From Hormiphora californensis (lineage: Eukaryota; Animalia; Ctenophora), in contig CM035360.1 in NCBI GenBank assembly GCA_020137815.1, positions 5,766,001 through 5,830,000 on the forward strand: a stretch of 64,000 nt of DNA, in the 5' to 3' direction. Positions 1-13,123 of the stretch are shown piece after piece. The position numbers were made by a program, and so were the translations under genes. A model generated the notes under the pieces. That model saw only the letters and a list, made by a program, of their open reading frames with translations. It ran no database searches and was not told the DNA's origin. Position 1 is the stretch's first letter. Each line of letters begins with the position of its first letter.

Positions 1-595
1 TTATGCAGTGGGCTTCACATCGATGGGTTTAGAATATAACTCCTGAATAGAAATTATTATTCATTATAAACTAACGTAATACACACGATAATACACGCGA
101 GAAGAGATTGGAAGGTCCCCACTAAATTCATTATTAACTTAGTATCACTTCTGATAAAGAGGGAGGGGAATCAGTAAACTTCTATTGTATTGACAAGTGT
201 ACCTTCTCGGGTGATCAATAAGTAGGATAGATTCTATGTCTGCGTTAAAGCTATTTGATAGTTGTTCTGAAACCTGTTCACAATTGGACATAACTAAACA
301 TTCTTGTAAAGTTTATTCGACTCAGATTATCGTCGTAGTGAAAGGGATTTTTAGATTTTAAATCGTTATTTTTTAGTTGAGTCTGGAAATCAGCGGCTCG
401 GATCAGAAACATCCCTGCAGAAAATAAGCAAATAGCTTTAGTCAAAGGATAAAGCCATGATTATGTCAAAGGATAAAGCACTATTTGCTAGCAAGCTTTG
501 AAAAGAGGGAAGAAAATCGATAAAAAATTTTAACGGCTGATTTTCGGGCCCACACTTGGAACTACTAGTTGCCTTAGCGCCCCCGGAACTTCCTA

Positions 596-1409
596 CGGTG
601 GCAGATTCCGGTCAAGAGTTTTTCAATCAGTGAAATATTTTGTTTGAAGTTTTATAAAAAATTTTATTTCAAAAATAAAAATTAACATGTCGTTAAAGAA
701 TTATTGGCCGGAATCTGCACGCGAGTGGCAGATCTCGGCCAAGATTCTAAAAAAACCTGGCCAGGAATCTGCCAAACCACGTGCAGATTCCGCAACAAAC
801 TGACACTTACTGATATCAAAGCGAAAACCGCTGTACACCGACATAATTTGATCGCTGAATCACGTAAGCAACTTTCCAATCCCTCGGAGGTCTGGAAAGT
901 GTCCCTAATTGAGCAAATAGGGGTCTAATTGACCCCACTTACAACTTTTTCACTGGAAACGATAGGACGCTTATGTGAAGCACTTTTCCGACTAATTTTG
1001 ATACGCTGAATTCACGTAAGCACTTTTCCAATCATCCGAGGTCGGGAAGTTGCCCTAATGATGCAAGTAGGCCAATTAGACCTATTATACTTAATTATGG
1101 CAAATCCCGCCTCCTCGGAGGGATTGGAAAGTTGCTTACGTGATTCAGCGTATCAAAATTAGTCGGGTGGTACAGCGGTTTTTTTTCGCTTTGATATAAG
1201 TAAGTTTCGTTTGTTGGCCGGAATCTCACGTGGTTGGCAGATTTGGCCAAGGTTTTTTAGAATCTTGCCGAGATCTGCCACGCGTGGCAGATTCCGGCCA
1301 AGAATTTTAACGACATTTTAATTCTATTTGAAATAAAATTTTTATAAAACTTCAAACAAAAAATATTTTCACTTGATTGAAAAAAACTCTTGGCCGGAAT
1401 CTGCCACCG
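596..1409. mobile_element. Palindromic TA-flanked MITE (copy of 15106-15924)
   Basis: ta|cggtggcagattccgg ... ccggaatctgccaccg|ta. Confidence 0.85.
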
Positions 1410-1711
1410 TAACTCCTGTATCTCTCAACGTTTTGATCACCGCTTATTCAGAGACGGATCACGGACCACAACTTTCCATTTTCTGATTTTTCGCAACAAA
1501 AAAAAAACAAAACAAGGTTCATGCGAACTAGGAGAATTTGTTGCAAAATACCAATATATCATTTGCGTACGATGTTAACGCGCAGAAGAATATCAAACGA
1601 TGCAACACACGGCGCGGGCGTCGCGCTTGTAAAAGAACGAAAAATTTGTTTTTGAAACTTTGAAATAAAATATCGTTTGAAATTTTAGAATTTAGGAAAT
1701 TAGAAATTCCC

Positions 1712-4700
1712 TTCTCTTCTTCTTCTATTAGGCCGTTCTCCACCATTAGGTGAGATTGATGGGGTGGTACCATGGAGATTCATTTACCCCGGCCTGGTTT
1801 GAGGGTTTGGATTTGGTAGTCCTTTCCCCGGTTTAACTGTTTAGGGATATCCATGAAAGATGAAACAGTCTGGGTGATCGGGAAGCCATCTTGAGTATCG
1901 AGGGTTTAAAACAAGCCGATCAAACCTTCTTGTCGCTGGTCCAGATGAGCTGGACAGTCAGTGAGGAGGGTGTTGGGCTGTTTCATTTTCTATGCGCATA
2001 GGCGGCAGGTTGGAGTGTTTGCTAGTTCATCTTGTGAAAATGGTAGTTAAGTGTCCCAAGCAGAAGCGGGGTTGCCGCACTCCAAGTGATTTCGGTCCAG
2101 GTGCTGGAGAGCTGTTTGACGTGGTTCGGTTCCAGAAAAAGATTCATGTGGAGCCGTTGGAGGCCCTTGTCATTTGTGTTTCTTCACCCTAGGGCCGCAT
2201 AGGCGGCTTTCTTCGGGATAGGAGGGCGTATGAGTTTTTCAATCTCCTTTTTTGGTTTTTTTGCCCCTTTAGCGCGGGAGTCTGCTAGTTCATGCCCTTC
2301 GTGGCCTTGTGAGCAGGGATCACCGTATTTTAAACGGTGTGAAAACTGCAAGGGCGTCGTTCAGGTTGGAAATGGTGTTTGGGTGGTTTTGGATATGCAT
2401 ACGGTGCTATCCAGTGATTTGATGTTCCTGGCTATGCAATTGATGAGGATTTTTGATTGGCAGTTCCTGTGCCAAGGAGGGGTTTGGTGGTTTGTTTGGA
2501 GGCATTTGCGGCCATAGGGACTGTTGTGGTATCACCCAGATGAAAGCGGACGAGTGACCTCTTGCCCATTTTTCACGGAGTAATTTAGGAGGCCAGCAGC
2601 CGGCGTTGCCGTCAATTTATGGAACCGTCTGTGTAGGCATATTGTGTGATCGTCTCTCCCTCTTCTTTGGAGTCCTCTGCGTCCGAATCTACAGGGAGTA
2701 TTCCCGTCGAAGGATGAGTTGAGGGATGGTGTGGTCATGTTCCCACACTTGCTGGAGGAGGTTTAGGCATTCGTTCCACTGTTTTGCGTGGAGTGAATAC
2801 TTGGTTTGTGGTAGCTGCGGACATTATAGCCCTTCCCACTGATCGGCCGCTCTGAGCGTGTACGCTGTTTTAATGGAGCATGTCTCAGTGGTCTTACTAT
2901 GGGCATGGTTGTGGGTTATTATGTAAGCGCCTTCCATGGTGTGCTGGACAATGGCTCCAGTTACCATTTGGAGGGCAAGTCTTTGGATCTTGATGTGTTT
3001 ATCTGTTTTTCTTGTGTCAGCATGGCATGGACCATACGAGCGCGCCAAGGAGATAATGGGACGTGTAGGCTGGATTGTAGATCCACAGGCATGGTCTTTG
3101 GCGGAAGCCCCACGTTGGCCACCGCTCTCTGCACTGGAAATAGGACTGTTACATTTCTTTATTTGGGATCAATAGTTTCGACCAATTTAGTTTGGAGTCC
3201 AATGTGGGACACCCAGGAATTTGGTGTGTGGTTGGTTCTTGATCTTCGTGACCCATTACCTGATGGGTTCTATGAGTTTTATGGTGTGGCGGTGGGTGAA
3301 TATTACTGGTGGATTTGAGAGCGCTGGAGCTTGAGTCCCACTGATTTGCACCACTTGCTAATGTTGGATAGGCTTTTTGGGTTGCTTCTCTGGGAAGGGG
3401 TAGATGTCGCTAGCCGCATTGCCTTCGTTGAGGGCGATATTGTTCGGCCGGCTTAGAAGCAGAGGTCATCTGCGAACCCTTGGAGATCACCAGGAATTTT
3501 TGTCCTTTTTTTAGGCTGAGGAGGTCGTCCATCACCAGGTTCAAGGAGAATGGCGATAGGAATTCCTCATTGGGGGGCAGCCTTGTCAGGCCGAACATAG
3601 GGTGTGTCCCAAGAGTGAGGTTTTGACTCGGCGATTGGAGATCACCCCCCCGTGTATAGTAATCAATGGCCGTTTTACTGTCTTTTAGTTTGGTGGTAGT
3701 GCTCTCTCTATGGCTGTGAAGGCCCACGTTTGTCGGAAAGAGCCCTCTATGTGCGAGGAAGGTTGCCATGGCTATTTCCTCTGTGCATGAGGGTGTGTGT
3801 TCTATTTTCGAACGACTTTGTGGAGGGCAGTGTCAGTGGGGACGCACTCTCGTCTAAATCCGAACTGGTTTTTGTTGGAGTTTCTTGTGTAATTTTTGGT
3901 CCACTTCGATGTGACCATAGAATAGCTCTCCAAAGCTTCTGGAGGTTGGAGCTAGGTTATGGTTCGGAATGATTTTGGTTGTCTGTAGTCACTCTTTCCT
4001 GGCTTTGGGAGGTTAAATTGCTTCAGACTCTTGCCAAGACTGAGGAGTGACCCAAGGGAGAGAAAGAGCAATTGCTATCTTTTGGAAAGTAAGTAGCAAA
4101 GGCTGGACAAACCTTTTGCATCATGATTGGTCGGATTTCATCTGGTACTGCCGCTGTGAGCGGTTTTGAACTCTTAAGTGCTCTGATTATTCTGGTATGG
4201 AGAAGCATGCTCACTGGGCCATTCTTCTTTGGATCCATTTCAATGGGGGGTAAGTGATGGCCGTGTGCTTTAGTCTTCTCCGAAGAGGGAGTTCCCGCAT
4301 GTGTTCCAGGGTCTCGGCTGGGCGCACGTCAGGGAGCCGTATGGCTGTCAGGAACAACTAAGGTGATTGCCAGGGTTATTCTTGATACTACTTGGCAATT
4401 TTGGTGAGCGTAAGAGAGGAGCCGTCAATTTCGCCTGTCCAAGATTGCCAGGCTGTGCGTTTGGACTGGTCTCCTCAGTTTTTTGTATATTTTGATTTTC
4501 TTTTGCTTCTTCCCATAAGGGAGGAGTCTTAACGCTCTGAGCTGCCTGTCAGCGCGGAGATTCATAGAACCTCCTGGCGGTCTTGACTTCATCCGTGAGA
4601 CAACACTGGATCTTTGGTGTGGCTGAGATGTGGGTCAGTGGAGTGCATTCTTGTATGCGTTGTTGATAAGGATTTTAGTCAGCCGTAGCGTGCTCCTCTA

Positions 4701-7530
4701 GATCTTTAGCATTGATGATACCTTTTGTTGAGGATGGGGGCGGCTTTCGGACATGGCTTTTTATACTGATTTTTGGAATTGTAACCAATTAGTTTCTGGG
4801 GTTTTGGGAATGATCGGATGTTGGAGATGTCCCTGTTCCCACTAGAGTGAAGGTTATGGGGATGTGGTCGGAGTGGCACTTCATAGGTTGGTCTGCCATT
4901 TCGAACCACTAGTAAACCCGTTCGCTACGGAGGAATTTCGCGGAAATTGGTAGATGGATTAGGAAAATACTGACACCAACAGTCGAAAGTGTTGACATGG
5001 CCTATCCTACGGCAACGTAACAGGAGCTCAGGCGGGATCGATGCGAGTTTGAGAACGCCAGAAGATGATCACGGTGATCAAAGTGGTAAAAGAAACTTCT
5101 AGTTTGCAGATTCCTCGCATTCGTCATATTGTGGTCATATGCATTAATCTATGAGATTGATCTCGGTTCTGTTAATCTCCAACGTTCTTGTTCGTTCTCT
5201 CTGCACTTCTCTTGGTTGTTGCTGCATTTTAACCCCTCAGGTGTATGGAAAGTAGAGAACGGCGGTCAGGATCTTAAGGCGTAACTCCAAAATTGTCGCT
5301 GTTCCGTATATCACAGTTGTTGAAAGAAGGATATAATTAGCTGGACAGTGAACGCAATACAAAGCAAATCAGATGCAAGTGCTTGCAACTGCCACTACCA
5401 ATAGTAACAATCCTTGGTAACGGCTCCCCCACCCCTGGGCCCCACTCCAGGGCTGAGACCCCACGCAAACCTGCACGTGGCAAAAATGCCATATTTGGTT
5501 AAAAAACGTTACACGGGATTTCCCTATTTGCTTTTTAATAATAGTATGAGTCTACTGCTTGGTTATTCGATATGGTCAGGGTCTAGGCGTTCTGCCATCG
5601 ACCATTGTCGAACGTTTGGTGGGGAGGAGTTATGTTTGATATGTGAAGGTCTGCATGAGGAGGAAACTCCAGGACGTGCGTATCCTCTTTTGATACCAGG
5701 CGTTATCATCGTTTGCTCCCCCAGAGGAGTTGTGGAGCGTTTTACAGTCTGTACCCACTATCATTGGTAGTTATGTTTGGCTGCATGGGCTAATTTCCCT
5801 AGTTAGCGCGGGAGGGCAAGGGTTTGGCTCGGTTCCCTGTCAGGGAGCTGAGTAGGATGGTGTTATGTATTTTGCGAATGTTGTGGAGGTTGTCGCGGTC
5901 GAGAGGGCGTCCATGAAGAATATTTTCGGACAGATCTTTGTGGAACATAAGCCAGCCTGCGGATTGTCCGCCCGCTTATCGTAGATAGCGGATATAACCT
6001 CCACTAGTTTCAGTCTCCCCTGTTTCTTAGTGGGGGTGCTCTTGAGTGAGAAGATGTGGTGTTGGGTTGAACTCTCACTAAGATTATCATCCCACCCCGT
6101 GGGTGACTTCTCTTGAGGTTAATCTGAGTCACTCGAAGATACTTAACTTTGACTGGTGGGTCCGGAGGAGGATGGCGTGGACAATGGAGGGGGGGACGGT
6201 CGATACCCCTGGGTGGAAGCCGTGGTGGGTTTTCCCATCGTGTGGGGCCCCGGGAGGCTGGTGTGTCTTCTTGATGGTTTTTTGTTGTTTTGGCACCACG
6301 ATCCATCGGGGGTTGGATCTGTGCTCCACTCGATGGTGGAGATATGGTCAATGGTTTTTGGTGGTTCTTGGGGAAACACTTTGTTTGTGTCTGTTGTATG
6401 AGTATAATAGGAATCATTAAACCAGAGCAAAGAATAGGGCAGTAATGGAATGGCCTTTTGTTAAACAGGTGGAGGGTGGCGACTAGTGCCAGGAAATGAA
6501 GGCCCCGGCCGGGGGGCCGCAGCATAGCTGTGTTACAATGGCCTGAGGACTGCCGCGGTAGGCGGGCAGGTTAGTTGGTGACGACCCTTTCTGGAAGGAT
6601 CTATGTGTGTTGGGATTCTTGTGCCTGTCAATATCCTCTCAGGAAGGAGGGTACAGGCAGGAGGGTTTTGGTCCACTACAGGGTGGACGTAATGGAGCCT
6701 CCCTATGGGGAGGGTCTTGTAGACACTATTAGCCCACTCACAAGGCAATGATGGGACGTAGCCGCGGACGAGCTTCCATGGGGTAGTAAGGAATCTCACA
6801 TCCTTCACCAATTGCCATATAGTGCGCCACAAGTTTGTGTAATGTGTTTACATTTTTCATGAAGAACCTGATGACCCTTCTATGCTGGAGGCTTTGACCA
6901 GGACTCACCACTCTTTAGCGATATTTTTCAGTTCGAACCACAGCACAAGAACGATGATAAGAGGGAGGAAGATGAGATGTAATATGTTGACACCATCACT
7001 GAACCTCACTCCGTGCCTCGTAACCGGTTCGTGGTGTGCTTTCTCACCCCTGTACGCGGGACAGAGTCTGGGTTATTATTGGACTTGCGATTATTGAGAT
7101 AGTGCTGTCTGGCGCCAGACCCCGATTTGACAGTGCGCTGAGACAGGTCTCGCACCGCCAGACAGGGATTGTGTCACTCTAGATTTTTAGGTCCTATTCC
7201 TCAAGACCGCGGAGACAGTACGAACAGATCAATGTTTATGGCCGGGTTTGTAAATACAGTGTTCAGGCCAAGATCATTGACCAGTGACCGGTAAGGGGGA
7301 TTACAGAGCTCAGTGGGGGAGGGCGACAGAAATAGTGACAGAGATAGGAGATAGAAGCTGTAGCTGTGAGAAAACATACCAACGCATGATTTTGCAGACA
7401 GTAGAGATCAAAAACACAGTATCACAGTGTACACAACAACACACACACACTTGGCTCACTCAGCTCCCAATTAGGAGACACACGGTCTTCAATGGAGAGA
7501 AGCACATGGTGAGTCCAGGGGGAACATAAC
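1712..7530 (-). mobile_element. Fragmented copy of the LOA/R1-group non-LTR retrotransposon, extending further 5' than the second copy
   Basis: ORF fragments (IIRALKSSKPLTAAVPDEIRPIMMQKV, NLVMDDLLSLKK) match the 832-aa ORF at 16574-19072. The 5' limit is approximate. Confidence 0.85.
4909..5549 (-). mobile_element. Copy of the non-autonomous Helitron inside the LINE endonuclease
   Basis: Same CTAG 3' end and same insertion point as 19412-20038. Confidence 0.75.
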
Positions 7531-7608
7531 TTATTGGACATTCTGTCGAGACTAGGATTGATTACGAATTGTCCTACAGACCCCTTCGCCTTCTCCTAAT
7601 ACAAGAAC

Positions 7609-7980
7609 GGTAGGCGGTAAATGTTAACCAGATCTGTGAGAATTTCGCACGTTTTTGCCCATAACTCAGCCATTTCTTGACCAATTTGCAAAATCTTTGG
7701 CTCATTGGAAAGAGGACTTTGAGCTCTTTCAAATGAGCCTAATTAAACTAAAATCGGCGCAAAATGCGCGGCGTGGTGGCGAAAACGCGCATTTTGCGCC
7801 ATGACGCCGCGCATTTTGCGCCGATTTTAGTTTTATTAGGCTCATTTGAAAGACCTAAATGTCCTCTTTCCAACGCACCCAAGATTTTGCAAATTGGTCA
7901 AGAAATGACTGAGTTATGGACAAAAACGTGGTTTTGCACGTACGTTTTCTCTCAGATCTGGTTAACATTTACCGCCTACC
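7609..7980. mobile_element. Mutator-like (9-bp TSD) foldback MITE
   Basis: tacaagaac|GGTAGGCGGTAAATGTTAACCAGATCTG ... CAGATCTGGTTAACATTTACCGCCTACC|tacaagaac. The arms are palindromic almost to the centre. Confidence 0.9.
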
Positions 7981-8342
7981 TACAAGAACCAGAAACCCAC
8001 AGGAAAAATGAAAAATGTCTTGAATTTTGGGTTTTGGGAAAGAAAATAAACATACAGCATACACATTTAACACACGGAAAATAAAGGAACAAATAACACA
8101 CAACTCTTTTCCAAAAACCTTTCTCTTCGCCAAATACATAATGCTCTCAAAACCAATCAATTTACTGAACTACAAGTCATGTGATACATAAGAAGCAATA
8201 CTACTCAATTCGTCACATTATACACAGTCAATATATCACTCTGTTTCACTACGGGAGCTCAGTTCTGCACACCCAGTTACCCACTTGGTTACGAAATAAC
8301 CCCTTCGTGCGCTGGCAAGGGAGGGTTAACTTCGTTACCCAG

Positions 8343-11300
8343 TTACCCACTGCCACTGGCACTAATGCTACTGTTCTGTGTGACAAGATACATTAGTCTC
8401 AGATCACTACCACTCTTCCATATTGTATGTTTAACTGTCCTCAAGTCCATGTGGGACTGCAGCCTCTGTTTATTACAGAATATTGCTATATCCTGGAGTG
8501 GGGGAGAGGGTGTGTCCGGTGTCCCCAGAATCTTATCAGCTACATACTCAATAACTTTTGATATGACCAAGAAATCATTAGCAGAGAGACGGCCTTCCCG
8601 GGATTTAGGAGGTGGGTCATCCGAGAATTGTTCAATGTAGAATGCTATCTTGGTGAATCTTGGCATTTCATTCTTCACTTTCAGGTTGTGAACCCAGGTT
8701 GGAATTAGTTCCTCTAGAATCCTGCTATCCTTCTCGACACACGTCTCGTCTACTCTTATTCTAGATAGAGGAATGTGGTATTAGTACTCCCATGGGTAAT
8801 GGGTGTGCTACTAAATCGGGACTAAATTTGTTGTTGAAACTATGGAGTTGTGTTACCTAAAGAGAGTTCGGCCACATCCATCACTCCCCTCTACAAGAGC
8901 AAATGGTGTATGCGGGGGTAAATCACACTGTTTCGGCTTGAACTCTGGGTCAGGCAGCGTTGTCTGAGAAAGGGAAGGATTAGTTTGATATAACAGAGAA
9001 AAACATGGGCTTCTGAAGGTGGGATGGGAAAAAGAAAAAGAACAGAGGGATGTTGTATATCTCACCCCGGGTGGGTTCCAATGCTGTAAAAGGCCCTGTA
9101 GGATGAGTCCCCCGTAGTTAATCTTGTTGTCCCCTTCCTCCACTATACAAACCCAGGCACTGAAACACTCTCCCTCATCCAGGTGCACAGTCAACATCTG
9201 AAATGGTGATATGTTCGAGCCCTTTTTATTTTACCCCTTGCGGGGCGCGGTGAAACAGGGTCGAGCAAAGCAACTGAAATGGTGGGTGGGGGTAACATAT
9301 TGAAGATCGGGGAGCTGAGATAGGGATAGCTTCAACACAAAGTAGAGATCAGGGAGGGAATAGTTCATGATGTTTTAACTAGAGAAATGAAGTAAAGGAT
9401 TGGGATTTGATTTGCAACCTACCCCCGTTCTGACATCAGCAGTAAACCAGTTAGGTATAAACTCCTGTCTATTCCTCCCCTCTACCTCCTCCTTTAGCTC
9501 AATCTTACCCAGCTCCTTCACCAGTCTACCTTTTAGCACGTTATAGAGGAACCCGTGACCTGGGAGATAGATAGAGTTAGGACTTAGTTAGGGTTCTAGA
9601 AGCTGATATCCATGACAGAAACAGGGAGAATTTATGAGGGATTCAATCATCTCTTGATAGAAATCATAACGGGGATCATTCTATAATCGCATCATGACTA
9701 ATTGTTCTACGCACCATTACTATTAGTACACAGTACATGTTGTTTATCGGACAATATAACAGCTGTCTTGAGGCCCTCTCCTCCCTGTATGGTGGCAGTG
9801 GGACCTGGTATCACAGCCCTTTCCATATTGTGAGCAGAGGCCCGGGTGGGCAGGGACCACCTGTTAACTGAGGTCTCTGTAGTGCCCAGCCAGAGAGATT
9901 TAGTGTTTTTATCGAGAGCAATCTGTAGGGGATACCAGGGGTTATACAGTGTGATATCCAATGTACAACTCTGACACTAATTTACTGCTACAAATTTACA
10001 TTTTGTCCCAGTCCCCCAGAGATCACCAAAACCAACCCTACTTACATCGAGAATACTTCCATTTTCCTTCAACAAGAATGTATTCTCTGAAGTCTTTAGA
10101 TTTGTCTCGAAAAGTGTCTTCTCCCTTCCCCCACTGTAAAAGTGGCTCCAATCTGGATCAACGGCTAAAGCCCAGACCCCTTGTTCGTGATTTCTAAAGG
10201 TAGTGATACACCTCTGCTGTCCAATACTCCATAACTTTACTGTTCCGTCTGTACTAGCTGATAATAACTGAAAAATATAGGTTGATCAGTGGTACAATTC
10301 TGAAATATGTTCTCTGATGATCATGAACTTCAAATTCAAATTTCGATCTTATGCTCTGAATTATTTTCCCACGGTCTGTGTTTGAGCGCGTACTCCGCGC
10401 ACAGAACCCCTCACAGCCCCATTCGCGCGTTACCAACCGTCAGCACACCACACATTCAGTTCAATCCGCTGAATCGATTGTTACCACTCTTACTCTCAGC
10501 TATGTGAACGAGGGCCGAGCAATACAAGGTAAAATTCAAATGACACACAATCCCTATTACCTGTGTACCATCAGGGCTCAGAACCAGTGCCTTGACCGCC
10601 TCGGTATGGCCCTTTAATTTCCCGCTCTTGAGACACTGTCCTAGGGTCCCATAGCCGGATAAAATTCTCAGTGCCACTACTTGCAAGAAGGGTCCCACAA
10701 GGTGTTATTGACATGCTGTAGATTGAATCTTTGTGTCCCTCGCATATCGCTGCTGAAGGATAGGAATCGATAGCATGGAGTATTTCATTCTGTTCTAGTT
10801 CCCCGAAAACAAATCTTTCTAAGTTGACTTTAGCTCTTTACTGTACTTACTGGAAACCGAGTTGATGTTAGTTGTTAGGTTTTTAAGAGTTCTAACATCC
10901 CAAATAAAGATCTTCTTATCTAAACCACCGGATGCGAATATTTCTCTGTCAGCAGCGAAGGATAACCTCTTGACATAGTCGCGGTGGGTTCGGAGTGTTG
11001 ACATTACGAACCCTTTCGAGGCATCCCATATCTTAACTCCGGTATCCGAGGAACCGGAAAACACTGGTGGAAGAAAAACATGAATAATTGAAATGTGTGG
11101 AATGAGCAAGAGAAGATTCGGAAAATGTTAATAATTGGTTAGCTACTTACAAAGATCATGTTTGGGTGTGTAGAAGATAGAGTTAACCCAGTCAGAGTGA
11201 TGTTCATATGTGTTGATTAGGGATATACTCTGGGAGAGAAGGCGGGTTAGAAGGAGCACGAGAGACTCCCTCTCGGAGAGAGGGAGAGAGAAAGAGCGAG

Positions 11301-11767
11301 GAAAAGACATGGACAGTTAGAGCTCAGAGAACAATCAACATGTACACGCGTGTACAAAATATGTGTGCTCTGGGCAATATAGGCATAATTGAAACAAGGC
11401 ACACATCCTGCTGCAAACACACACACACCAATTCAGAATTGAGCGCTATTCCAAACCTACTTTCCTAAAATTTATAATTGAGCGCTATTCCAAACCTACA
11501 TTCTTGTTGGTGATGTCCCATGACCTAATAAGGGAGTCCCTGCATGCAGTGAAAAGGCAGTTGGCGGGGGCTGGTGCCAACACCAGGGCGTTCACTCCAT
11601 TCTTGTGTAACGGCTCTAGTTAGGGAGAGAGGGTGTTAGAACAGAGCTGCGTCAACTCCCAAGAAAAAAGAAGTGGTTTGTGAAGTGGTTTAAGAAGTGG
11701 TTTGAGAGGGCTGTTTACCTGACTCATCCCGTATCACGTAAGATACGCTGGTCCTCTTTTTGTTCAT
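8343..11767 (-). CDS. WDR48: WD repeat-containing protein 48 (UAF1, USP1/12/46 cofactor), ~11 exons
   Basis: Exons read [79 protein letters not shown] and the C-terminal RLSANDFL...[21 protein letters not shown]. One apparent frameshift near 10636. Confidence 0.95.
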
Positions 11768-12016
11768 CACATGGCTATTAGCTGCAACATAATGGGGTAA
11801 AGCTTGCTATGTTCTAACCCTCCTTTATATTTGTAAAGAAGGGCTCTGTTTAGGGCGGGTCCCGCGAAACAGAGTCTAGCTAGGCATGGTAAAGCTTGGA
11901 GAACTCAACATACACATACATGTCAAAAGGAGGAGGGGGTAACTGGCTCATGTGTAAAATAATAAAATGGATAATACAAATCAACATCAAATATAATAAA
12001 AACTCAGCCTCTACTG

Positions 12017-12900
12017 TCACTTATAACCCTGCTTCTTTTTCTGTTTAGTGTCTGGTGTTCCCTGTTCCCCCGTCTGCAGTTCCCCTCCACCTCCTTGTTG
12101 CTGTTCCTCCGGTGTTTCTGTTGCTGCTGCTCCAGGTGTTCCTGACTGTGGAGCTGTTCCTCCTCCTCCTCCCGGTGGGGATCCCTCAAATACAGGGAGC
12201 TGGAACAATCCGTGCTCCATAACCTGGAGATAAAGAGATAAGGAGAGGTTAGAAACATAATCACCTGGTCTTAAATCAATAGAGATTAGATGCATATGTG
12301 TAACCCTGGTCCAAGATATCCATTGTATACATCTATACATGGCGTCATGGCGACATCAATTGACCATATATGGAGATATACTAACAGATAACCTACCTCA
12401 GGAAAGGGTGCATCCTGGGCCTGATCTAGAATGCCAATATCCCACAGAGACTTCACTTGGTCCCACAAGTGGGCAGTTGAGATATTTATACCAGTCCGCT
12501 CGTGAAACCTGCAACAAATACTGATCACTGAAAGTAATTACCTTACAACCCAGCCAATCCTTCACTGATAACCCCGAGTCCCGACCCTCCTAGTTACGGT
12601 TACTAAGGATGGGAGTCTAGTTACTAAGGGCTAGGTAACTAGGGTGAGAGTTACCTCTGTACCTCTCCCTAGTTACGGTTACTAAAGATGGGAGTCTAGT
12701 TACTAAGGGCTAGGTAACTAGGGGGGAGAGTTACCTCTGTACCTATCCCTAGTTACGGTTACTAAGGGTGAGAGTTACCTCTGTTGCATGCACATCATAT
12801 GGAAGTGTTTGTTGATGCCACATGGTTTATGTCCAGACATGCTCTCAAACAGGTGTATCTCCATCTCAGGATCCCAAACTGGCACCCCCTCCTCTACCAT
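12017..12900 (-). CDS. MRGBP: MRG/MORF4L-binding protein (Eaf7-like NuA4/TIP60 subunit), 3 exons
   Basis: WDPEMEIHLFESMSGHKPCGINKHFHMMCM | FHERTGINISTAHLWDQVKSLWDIGILDQAQDAPFPE | low-complexity tail with KQKKK. Matches the CT20/Eaf7 motif. Confidence 0.92.
12589..12784. repeat. ~80-bp tandem duplication in MRGBP intron 1 repeating the 5' splice site
   Basis: ctagttacggttactaa occurs 3 times; gagagttacctctgt occurs at ~12646, ~12726 and ~12770. Confidence 0.85.
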
Positions 12901-13123
12901 CGCTATTATATTGACATAATAATTAGTAACATGATTAGTAACATGATTAGTAACACAATCAATGGGTGACGTAATTAGTAACATAGTTAGTAGTTACTAG
13001 CTCGGTTAGAACGGTAACAAACGTAAACCATTGTATTTTGAGAAGAGTCACAGTATATAACAGATACATATCGACAGCACAACAGACACAGAGTAAAAAT
13101 GTAAAGTTCAGTAGGTCCCATTT

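Larger units (their letters stand above)
1..7530. repeat. Degraded or error-rich direct copy of 14531-21397 (MTX2 5' exons, palindromic MITE, LINE with Helitron) plus ~640 bp more LINE 5' sequence
   Basis: Position 1 ttatgcagtgggcttcacatcg matches 14531 ttattgcagtggcttcacatcg. The copies are colinear through gatgacccttctatgctggaggcttt (~6895 vs ~21397). Dense small indels fragment every ORF. Confidence 0.95.

Noticed and set aside
1992-7529. Numerous short ORFs as novel genes
   Set aside because: They are frameshifted or antisense pieces of the degraded LINE copy.
9245-9266. Hammerhead ribozyme (GAAAC-AGG-GTC) or tRNA B-box (GTTCGA) in the micro-element
   Set aside because: There is no CUGANGA core upstream and no A-box or cloverleaf.
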